Part shown: positions 27,701 through 39,700 of the stretch, in pieces
Numbering within the stretch: the stretch's first letter is position 1
Layout of the letters: every line of letters begins with the position of its first letter
Notes under the pieces: generated by a model
What the model was told of the DNA's origin: nothing
Databases searched by the model: none
The model's input: the letters and a program-made list of their open reading frames with translations, nothing else
Source of the DNA: Bispira polyomma
Lineage: Eukaryota
Assembly: GCA_965649765.1 (NCBI GenBank)
Contig: OZ287756.1
Coordinates: 558,001-622,000 of the forward strand
Length of the DNA stretch: 64,000 bases
Direction: 5' to 3'
Translations under genes and position numbers: made by a program

Positions 27701-30700
27701 ATTGGAGCTGCTTCCAGTTCAAAGGGAGGCTGGCATTTCGTTAGAGCTAAGCCGATCACTTCTTATTAGAAAGTCGGGATGAAAAATGAAGCCCAGGCAG
27801 TAATGTGGCCATTTTATCTGGGCTTTACATAACGAATGTCTCACAAAATTAATCTATTTAACCTTTTCTGCTTTTTATGGCCTTAATCTTCGCGGAACAA
27901 ATGGTGGAAAGCGTTATAGCCTAAAAACAGCCTCAAAACAGAAAACTAGAGTTGTCCAGGTACACTAACACTACCTGATAGTCACTTATGTGCTGAGAAA
28001 TCTACTACAATCAAAAACATTTTAATTTTAGCGACATGGGCCCTAACCCTTTAAAACCCTATGTTGTTAAGTAACAGTCAACGTCATTTCTGACTCCCCT
28101 AAAATATTTTTATATTTTTTTAGTTCCTCACAAAAGTAAATTGTTCAGTATAGCAGGGCTCATATTCACTAACAGACTTAGCCAAGTCTTAGGCTTAAAG
28201 TTAAGACTTTTGTCTTAACTTTTGGGGAAAAATGACTTACAAAAGTCAGAGTCTTAGCGGTATTCACAAAGCAGTTAAGCCTAAGTTTTAGCTTAGCCAA
28301 GGGCTTAACTTTAAGACAGGTAGAAAGTGGGCTTAACTTTATGGTAAAAAGTCTTAGGGTTTTTACACAACTTTTACAAATAAAACAGTGTAAATTTGCA
28401 GTCCATAACAAATTATAAACATTTAACTTTGATATTATGATATCAAATAGCAAACATTTCTTACTGTAAACTGTGATGAGTCAAACAAAAAGTAGTATAA
28501 TTCGTAACATATTTTGAATCATATATTCTTTGAAGGGGACTTAGCCATAAATAAGAACATATTTAAGTGATGTTATGGACATCCACATTCTAGGAGATTA
28601 CAAGGTCTGGGTGTAGTGCCTGTAGTTATTTGGCACTGAAATGTGGGATGTTTTCGTCCATATATACACAATATACACAATCCTAAGTCAGAATGCCCCC
28701 AAAACTAAGGTAAAACATTTCCAACAGGAATATTTACAAAATACAAATGACACTTTCTCGTGGCCAGATATAAAATGTAGTTTGAACTGTTGCCAAATCC
28801 CTGTGCTTTCACAAACAAGTATGCTTTGTGTCCAGCATTCCAACTATCAGTCCCAATATAACCTACTAAAAGGTACTTGAGTGGACGTTAACTATTCAAA
28901 TTAAAAGTCTATGCTCTTATAGCAACTTGGAAACAATTACAAACCACAATAACAGTTGTCGTGGTTTTGGTGAATGTGAATGTGTGTATAGATGGCTGTG
29001 TGTTTGTGTGTACATGCCTGTGTACCTATTTATGTGAATGTGTGTATAGATGGTTGTGTGTAAGTGTGTACATGCCTATATACCTATTTATGTGAATGTG
29101 TGTATAGATGGTTGTGTGTATGTGTGTACATGCCTGTATACCTGTTTATGTGAATGTGTGTATGGTTGATGGTTGTGTGTAAGTGTGTTCACACGTGTGT
29201 GTACATCCCCACTACCCCCACAAATAGACAACTCCCACACCCACCCTCCATGCATTGGCTTTAGACTGAGCATGCAGGCCAATAAAATGCACAGTGATTC
29301 ATTAGTTGAGGAGTTAAAACTACGCCTGTTGATTAGAATAGATGGCTGTGTTGTATCAGTGGGGACTTCAAGTAGCCATTCTTCTTCATCAACAGACCCA
29401 GCCCAAGACATCCTAGTATCATTAGCCTCCTGGTTTGGTAACTTCCAGCTTCCAACGTCGTGGCTTCTAATTCACAACTTTCACCACTGGGCCACGGTTG
29501 GGGGGGGGGGGGGGGGGAGGTGAGGGAGTGGTGTAACTCTTTATTAAAACTCTATTTAAAAGATTCTTTGGATGAAGGTCACAAAACCTGAACTTAAGGT
29601 ACAATAGAGCCCTGGTTTGAAAAATACACGTCTGTGAAGTTCACAATATCTACAGTGGCACCTATATTATCCAATCATATGTTGAGACAGCGACAAATAT
29701 TGTTCAGATAATAAAATGTTCGTAAAACAGAAGAGATATTTTAAGTATAAAATCAATAGGAAAACCAAAAATTTAGTCGGGTGAATCTGTGTTTCTTAAA
29801 TCAAATATTCTATTCAAGCCTTCTATTCCAAAGTAGATGTTTCTTACTAGATGTCTAGATAAGATAAACAGATTTTTAAGTGAAATAGAGTACCCCCTAT
29901 AAAACTACTAAATAGGTGCATATTTTAACACTGTTAGAACTTGAGACTTGTGGACAAACTGGCGCCTTGAGAAGGGCTAACTGTCAGGATTCATGGAGAT
30001 CTGTATGTAGAGTGGGTCTTAAAAATGCTGACTTCTTTATTATTTGTACACCACTTGTAATAAGTGTACATAGTATACACAGGATTATTGTGAATATAAA
30101 ACCCATTTCCTCTAATACTCAGTATAGTGTTGTACAAAGTGCTACAAAGACCTCCATATGCTGACCAGTTTGTAGACGCCATTAGCCAGGTCTAAGGCTA
30201 CGGGGTATTATTCATGAAGACTAACCAATTCTAGTCCAGGATTCTTGTATTTAGACATCTATTTAGACAATATTTGTTCTTTGCACTCGAACAGTCAATG
30301 TATCTACTTCCGGTCAGGAGAGTTCCACATACTTGTATATACCATATTTATTATGCTATAAATCTAGCGTCTATATTATTTAAAACAGTTTAAATCAAGT
30401 TGTTAAGCCTAATGACATGTTATGAGGGCCATCAGAAAAATTGACAATTTCAGACAGTGAGAAAAGGCAGATTTGGTATTCTCAAATATTCGAATTCCTA
30501 AATTTTGATTGAGAAAATGAGATTATATGCTATTGTTTCTTTTCAATGGATCTGATTGCCTAAAGTAATTCTATGAAATTTATTCTGCGAATGTTAGTAA
30601 ATACAGCTTCTGTTCTATCATCAATTAACATTATTCTGCGTCATGCAATAAGTTCCATAAGTTAAACTAGTCATTAAACTACCAACTCTAGTGTCCCAGT

Positions 30701-33700
30701 AAGAATCTCGGCTGGGGCTTTCAGTGGGAAAGTTGGCAGTTACTTAGGGATGGTCGATGGTTTACAATGTAGAATCTTGGAGAAAATTGATAAAATCATA
30801 GTCCGTTTCCAATGAAAACAATTCATGATCGGGGAGATGAGATGGATGAGAAATATGTCTATCGAGGGAAAGCTAGGGTGAACAGATGGGTTTTAAGGTC
30901 TGAAACCAGAGAGGGTTTTCTGGGATTTTATATTGCCGGGTAAATCTTTTCTTTTAGTGGGTTTACGGTAAAGTAAAGGTTTTTGTGTAATCAAGCAGAA
31001 GTGACCTAATTACCCTGATAGGGTGACTCCCTGGTTCAATACAATTCTACTGACTTCTACACAGAACACCACTGAACTCTTTTACATGGTCAACTTACAC
31101 CCCACTGGATCCTGTGTGTAAGAACATGTTAGACAGTAAAATGCGAGGTTCTCTGTAAAGAACAGGTTGATATTTGCTAAAGGTGGGGTAAATAGGTATG
31201 AGTATATAGAAAGGACTGATTAGGATATACAAAAGAAAAGGTTGCTCACCTCAACTGTACAAAGTGTGATGTAACTCAGCCTTGATTAAGGCCCATTCTT
31301 TCAAAATATGTGTACTTTTAATTTACCATAATGTACTCTTTCCTGGCCAGACTTAAAACTTGCTATTTTCTAGTTCCATGATGAATTGGACTTTTTGACA
31401 AACACAAGCCTTAAGAAAGGCTAGACTTTTCTACCATTTAATTCCTACATGTCCAACACTAGCAGGCTGCATAGAAGAATTCTGTAGACCACACAGTCTG
31501 TGAGACACCATACATGGCTACTATCCTCTAAAAGGGAAGCACCACACACTAGATTCCTCTGAAGTTATTAATAATTCCAAATAAGGAGCCATTTCCAGAG
31601 TAAATGAGTGGTTTTTTAGCCCAGAGTCCCAGAACAACTTTGAGGAAAAAGGCTGGTAATTGTGTGTGGGTTAGAGCAGGGAGAGGGAGCTGTCAAAGCC
31701 ATTAGCAGGGACAGAGTGAGGAGTTTGGGGGTATGGGTGCTGGGGCCAGGCCACCTGGGACTTATATATGTAGTGCTTAACATAGCCAAACAGAGAGCCT
31801 AACCAGCAGCCTAACACAGAAACACAGTGATAGGCATGGAGGTATAGGAGCTGGGGACAAGGCAGATGGGGGTTTAGAGATCTAGTGGTTAATACAAACT
31901 AACATACAGCCTAACACACAGCATGACAGACAGCCTAACATAGAAACACAGTGAGGGGCTTGGAGGTATAGGAGCTGGGGACAAGCCAGTTGGGGGTTTA
32001 GAGTTCTAGTGGTTAATACAAACTAACAGACAGCCTTTCACCCAGCCTAACACAGAACACAGTAAACAAGAGGCCATGTCAAACTGACAGTTAGTGGAAC
32101 AACTCATATGGGACTGAGAGCTGGGAGGTCTGTCAGCCTGACTGAGGGACTAAGTATACAGTCTGTTCTGTTATTTTTGACAACTGCTGTTATAAAACAA
32201 TAAACTGTCTGGGTCCTTCAATAAAACCAGTTGTACATCTAATGTTTTAATGGGTAATGACAGCTGGTTTTACCAAACATTATGTAGATATAACAGTACA
32301 CACTCCATACACAGACATAGGTTATGGCCAGATGATAATATGGCATAGTCCAGGTAAACAGAAACCTAACAGCCAGCCTTCTTATCATCTATGTTATCTC
32401 TCAACAATCTTACCAGACGTAATTGTCTTTCCATATCTGACTTTTTCTAACCTTCTAAAGTAGCAGGCTGAAACTCATTTAAAATTGCAGCAGCTTTTGA
32501 ATGGAATAGTGTCCTTGCCAGTCTTCATACTGAGACAAGGTTTACAGGCTGTACATTCTGGCCACGACTGAACTCTGATCACAAAGATTTACCTGTGCGC
32601 CAAAGAGGATGCCTGGTTATCAATTGTGGTATTATAGAAGTTTAATACCCAGCCTTTCAGACACTACCAACTGACCTAATATTTAGCCTAGTATAGGTTT
32701 CTATTAATACTAATTCTAATATGGTTTACGCGCAGGTTATCACATTCACACAAATAGAAATATATAAAGTTTGGTGTTCTCTGAAAATATTCATAATAAA
32801 CCTAGTGTAATGGTGTTGGTGACTTGCTTCTGTTCAATGTTCTTTCTGTTTAATGGCAAACCTTTTGCAGTTCTGTGTACAACATGGTTTAGACATGTAT
32901 ACCAGTATTATTAACTGGGTTAAGTAGGTTTATAGTTCTGTGTACCACATAGTTTACACATGTATACCAGTATTAATGACTGTGCTGAGGAGATTTATAG
33001 TTGTTTGAACCTTTAAACACACAAACTATATAGAGTGATACCGACATAATATATTCTTACAGAGGGATAACGTCCTCATACAAAACATTGATTTATAACA
33101 TAAGGAGTCTTTCAAACTATGATTTTACGCTCCTTTAACAATAAAGAAAATAGGGTGATATTACAGGAATGGTAAAATGTATCACCTATATGATTACACA
33201 GATATATAGTACCTGTTAGGCAGCGGATTATCTACAAAGTGAACTTAATTGTTTTTAAAGCATTAAACAATGATGTTCCAAACTACATTCAGTCCCTGCT
33301 CTCTTTTTGCCAACCTGCAAGACCCCTGCGTTCTGGTGACCAAGCCTACAAGCTAAAAGAACATAAATGGAAACTGAAAAGCAAGAGATACTGTTCTTTT
33401 CTAGTTGCCGCACCCCGCTACTGGAACAGCTTACCTGATGATATACGCAACATCAAACTGAATCTTAATGACTTCAAGAAAAAACTTAAAGCTTACCTGT
33501 TTAAAAGTACTTTCGCATTGAAGTTAGCACATTGATTTTTGACATAGTGACTAGAAGTACGCTCTACAAGATCTAATTATTATTATTATTAAGTGTTACA
33601 TGCATATTATACTCGTACAGAGTCAATTAACTTATTGAAATAAAGTACCTAATTTAAACTCACCCATACATACTACATATGTACAGCACATACACACACA

Positions 33701-36700
33701 CATACACACACACTCAAACATTACCGTACATACTACATATGTAAAACATACAACCTTTTACACAAAACCATTTACTCCCCTTCCATCAGTCACGATCATC
33801 CCCCCTCCTTGCAGTGTAATCAATTCTTTCCAGTCTTCACTCCACCAGAGCCACACACCCAGGGGACCCTGACCCCGGGCTGGAGAATGCACAATTATGT
33901 CTTAATGAGCAAATGTCATTTGGAAGACTAGTTCTCTTTTTAGACGTATCTTTGTTCTGTCAGATTTCCCCACATCTCCACCAAGACTCCGCAGTGAGCT
34001 GTTTTTTCTATCTTGTCACTTCCCAAATTCAATTGCATGTTTTCAGTAGCTGCTGATTTTGCCAATTTAATTCCAACAATTTCGGGGTTGTCCTCCAACC
34101 GCAGCAGTTTTAGGGCTCATTAAATTGCTGTGTGGTGAATGGTTTAACGGAATGGACTGTACTATGTATTGAACTTTAATCTACAAGTCAAATTTAACTG
34201 ACAGTTTCCAACTTGATGCACCAAAGTTCAGGAATCACGGCTTTTATATTTCTTTTAACGGGTTCAAACTCTGAAGCTAAATTTGTTTGATCTAATACAT
34301 GGCATACAATATGTGATTGGTGTTCCTTAGAATCTGCTAGAATAAATAATTAGATCGAGAATCCTGATTGGCTGTGACAGACTGCTGTGTATACTATCTA
34401 TATGTCCAATACATGGCCAGTAAATTGCTATTTTCAGATCTTTGATGGGAACTCAAACACCTATGTCACCGAGATGAATGAGATTGACCCTCCTGTCATC
34501 GCCCGCAGTGTCCGTATACTACCCTACAGCGCATTCCCTAAAGATGTCTGTATGAGGGTGGAACTGTTTGGCTGTGACTGGGAAGGTAAGGGTCATATTA
34601 TTACAGGGAATAAATTGAGCCCTGTAATAAACAATAGCTAGGTTTAGGGTGGACATATGGTGCTCTCATCCAAAGTATTGTACACATAGTGTAACAAATG
34701 TACTGAAGTAAAGCAACCCCTAAACCTGTCTTCTCCTACAGCCGAATATCCAATGGAAAACACCTATTGCCAATGCTGATGCCATTACTCTTTATGTCCT
34801 TATATAGTGTGTTTCCATTTATATAATAGCAACTGACGCCGGCTGACCCCATCGGTCTAGATATAAAAGAAGTGTTTGTTGTTGACTGTCAACTGTTGGC
34901 TGTTTTAACCAAACCAGGACACCGATATTTGTAAGATAAAATAAGCAATTCATAACAATATGATACACTACAATCTGTAGTGATATTGGCAATATATTAT
35001 ATGGAAACACTTGGTTTACAGTCCTTGATTGACCTATTGGGTGTAGTATATCACAGAAGTCTCAGAAATCTGTGATACACATCCTAGTATTTATCTGTCT
35101 ACACCTGCCTGTATCAAACCCGTGTCCTCGGTGTTTCTAAGTGAGTGTGTTACCCCACCAGGCCCCAGTGTGGCAGATATTATTATTATTTTCACATGTA
35201 TCCATGGTGATCTAACTTTTTTGTTTTTCACATAATTCAGTCTACTTTTTCAGATAAACTGGTGAGTTACACCATGCCTCAAGGTCACCGGCGGGGAGTA
35301 GAACTCGAGTTCACTGACTACATTTATGATGGGCTCATCAAAGATGGACAGATGAGTGGAGGACTGGGTCAACTGACTGGTAGGTTTAGGTTTATATCTA
35401 TACTAATAAAGCATTAGAGGTATCTCACAAAGATGGACAGATGGATTAAGGACTGGGTCAGCTGACTGGTATGTTTAGGTTATATCTGTACCGCTCTAGC
35501 ATTAAACCTATCTCACGCAGATGGACAGATGGGTTGAGGACTGTTCTCTCACAAGTAGTCCCAACATTTGGCGAGTAAAACTACCAGTACTCTGGAATTG
35601 ACTCTTGTGGATTCTATGACAAAAGCAGTACTAGAGTAGGGACTAACATGTGTCAAGTAGCACACACAGTAACTGTGAATGCTGGTAATTCCACAGTTGC
35701 TATACAAAACTCTCAAACTTCAGAATAAAACAGGGATGATCATTTAGTTTGTTTGAAAATTAATGTGTAACAGACTCAAAATATAACACAGCTTTCAAGA
35801 TTTAAAAAATAAATTTGGTGCACCATAAATAGGGGTTTTATAAGGGATACAACTACCATCAGAGATAAAAACAACAGTTGAGAAGGCATTATGCATGTCA
35901 TGTTGATAATAACACTATTGTATGAGCTGATTCTTTCCGCAAACATTTGGTTTATGAGTTTGATAAGTAAATGAACAAAATGACAAAGAAACAGATCTGT
36001 GTCTAATCTTGGATGATTGATTCCACAACAATGTAGAATTTGTTGTCAATCTTAATAACTATCTATTTATGACTCTATATTTGTTTACGCATGTGTACAT
36101 CTATTTTATTCTTTGCAGATGGGGTGGTTGGAGACAACAACTTCCGACTGGATCCTACAGGCAGTGGACACAAGGGTTACGAGTGGGTGGGCTGGCGTAA
36201 TGACTCCATGACGGACAAACAGCCTCTAGAGATGGTATTCCAGTTCGACAGTGTGCGCAACTTTACGTGTATGAGGATCCATAACAACAACATGTTCTCC
36301 AAGGAAATCCGGGTCTTCAGGATGGCCAAGGTAGAGAGCAATAGTGTAATTATAGATATAGTCCTTACACAACAAGGTAGAGAGCAATACTGTCATTATA
36401 GATATAGTCCTTACACAACAAGGTAGAGACCAATACTGTAATTATAGATATAGTCCTTACACAACAAGGTACAGAGCAATACTGTAGTTATAGATATAGT
36501 CCTTACACAACAAGGTAGAGAGCAATACTGTAATTATAGATATAGTCCTTACATAACAAGGTAGAGAGCAATACTGTAGTTATAGATATAGTCCTTACAC
36601 AACAAGGTAGAGAGCAATACTGTCATTATAGATATAGTCCTTACACAACAAGGTAGAGAGCAATACTGTAATTATAGATATAGTCCTTACACAACAAGAT

Positions 36701-39700
36701 AGAGAGCAATACTGTAATTATAGATATAGTCCTTACACAACAAGGTGGGGCCGCGGTGGCCTAGTGGTTAGCAAGCATTGCGCTTCACAATCACTGGTCT
36801 CTCACCTCTGGGCGGCGTGAGTTCGAATCCCGTCGATGCCTATGTGGGAAAGGTGGTAGTTCCTTACTGTGGGCCGCTGGTTTCTCTGCAGAACCTTGCC
36901 CGACTGTATGCAGTGTTTTCTCCAGCGTTTCCAACTACCCGTCCCAATATAATCTACTAAAAGGTACTAGAGTCGACGTTAATTATCCAAACTCAAATTC
37001 AAATACACAACAAGGTAGAGAGCAATACTGTAGTTATAGATATAGTCCTTACACAACAAGGTACAGAGCAATACTGTAGTTATAGATATAGTCCTTACAC
37101 AACAAGGTAGAGAGCAATACTGTAATTATAGATATAGTCCTTACATAACAAGGTAGAAAGCAATACTGTAATTATAGATATAGTCCTTACATAACAAGGT
37201 AGAGAGCAATACTGTAGTTATAGATATAGTCCTTACACAACAAGGTAGAGAGCAATACTGTCATTATAGATATAGTCCTTACACAACAAGGTAGAGATCA
37301 GTACTGTAATTATAGATATAGTCCTTACACAACAAGGTAGAGATCAATATTGTAATTATAGATATAGTCCTTACACAACAAGGTAGAGAGCAATACTGTA
37401 ATTATAGATATAGTCCTTACATAACAAGGTAGAGAGCAATACTATCATTATAGATATAGTCCTTACACAACAAGGTAGAGAGCAATACTGTAGTTATAGA
37501 TATAGTCCTTACACAACAAGGTAGAGAGCAATACTGTAATTATAGATATAGTCTTACACAACAAGGTAGAGAGCAATACTGTAATTATAGATATAGTCCT
37601 TACACAACAAGGTAGAGAGCAATACTGTAATTATAGATATAGTCCTTACACAACAAGGTAGAGAGCAATACTGTAATTATAGATATAGTTCTTACACAAC
37701 AAGGTAGAGAGCATATATAAGGACTATATCTATAATTACAGGGCCCGTATTCATGAAAGGACTTAGCCAGGTTTTAGGCTAAAATCTAGCACAAAAGTAT
37801 ACTGATTTAATATAATGTTGTTCACTTTTAGGAGACTAAAAACACCTTCTAGGAATAGGCATTTATAATACAGTAGGTTGATGAATTCACTTCCACTGTC
37901 CCAAAGTTACGTTTTCCTATTGTTAACTCATACATAACCTGGTGAACTTTTAGGGGACTAAAGTACAGTTGTTTACATGATGGAGTTTCGTGGTTCCAAT
38001 CCCCACCTCTGCAAAAGAGTTGTTCTTGAGCTACAGGTTTAGAAAACTAAGGTCACCTCTCATTTACAGGTGGCATGTACTGCACATGAAATATGTGTAC
38101 ATTGTAGATGTGAATGGAATACACACTGTTATTCCACATGTTTTACAGGTATACTTCAGTATAGGTGGCGTCTACTACAATTCACAACCTCTGGTCTTCA
38201 ACTTCATGCGTGACACTTTGATTGAGTATCAGCGATTGGTGGAGATCCAATTGGATAACAGGATTGGACGCTTTATCCGCCTGGAGCTATACTTTGATGC
38301 CAAATGGATCCTGATTAGTGAGGTGGAGTTTGTGTCAGGTAAGAATGTGGGTAAACTCAGGATGACCTTAAGTAAGTTGATCCATTAGTTTGGGTGTAAC
38401 ATTGATCTCAAGTAATATTACAACACCTATAACACTAAATAGCTTTGTAAGCTGATCCATAAGTTTAGGTGTACACCTATAACACTAAATAGCTTTGTAA
38501 GCCGATCCATTAGTTTAGGTGTACACCTATAACACTAAATAGCTTTGTAAGCTGATCCATTAGTTTAGGTGTAACATTGATCTATACCACTGCATGCCTT
38601 TGTAAACTGATTCATTAGTTTGGGTGTAACATTGATCAACACCACTGCATGCCTTTGTAAGCTGATCCATTAGTTTGGGTGTAACATTGATGTCAACATG
38701 TTTTGTGTGTCACATCACAATGGGCAGTTCATGGTTGGACCGGCATTTGAAACCATCACTGCAGATGTATAATTTTACTGATGAAACAGTCAAACCTCGT
38801 TGATTACATACATTGTAGTTACACGACTTTACCTTTCAATAGTTTTCTTCTTCTTATTGTAGACATGGCACAAGGTGTGTTTGTGGAGGAGACTGAGGAG
38901 CAGCCAGCTATTTCTGAGCCAAGTGGAGGAGATGACAAGAACAAAGTAGAGTCTCCTGACCAGGTGGAGCCACCAGTAGAGACAGTACCCAGTAAAAACA
39001 CCAGTTCTCTCAAACCTCCTATACCGACCCAACCCAGTAAAAAGGGCGGTGTAGACTTTGATGACACCTATATCTCTGAGACTGGTCTCAGTGAAGAAAC
39101 CATAGGCATTATCATAGGCACTCTGACCATTTTTATCATTATTTTCACTGTTATCTTTATTGTGCTATGTCTGCGTAACAAGCGTCGTAAGGACGCCCAG
39201 ATGAAGGGGTCTCCCGCATCCCCGTATAATGACCTCACGCTGGGGGTTACTAACCTCAAACTAGTCAATGGTTATAACTATGTGACGTCCTCGGACGTGG
39301 ACTCTGAGAAGGAAGTACCCATGTGCTGTAATACCACTGAAGGGGAGTATTACAATGGGGAGGAATTCCTCAACAGAAAACTCCCAGAGCTTCCAAAGAC
39401 ACCAGACTCCACAGGTATGTGTTTGTATTTCACTTTTTACTGAATCATACCCTGTCTATTATAGCAATGTTTGTTTTGTGGTGAAATATGTAGCTACTGG
39501 AGTTACATTGTCTTGTTGGTTTTATAACACTACTTTTGTGTTTAAACAGTCAATTTCTGAAGGGAAAAGCAAGCACAAAATCATATCCTAGGGGACAAGC
39601 TTCTGACTTTTCTAGCCTCTTAGGAGACCTTAAATACATAAACAGGTGGAGATCTGTATTCACATTCGAGACTATATAGGTATAACACTACATTTAAGTG

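Noticed and set aside
36747-36840. Possible tRNA gene with a CTTCACA loop (UCA or CAC anticodon reading)
   Set aside because: No convincing cloverleaf; it continues into a SINE body with tail and TSD, so it is a SINE head
36327-37713. CRISPR-like appearance of the regular repeat arrays
   Set aside because: Units are head-to-tail with no unique spacers, there are no cas genes, and the context is a eukaryotic intron
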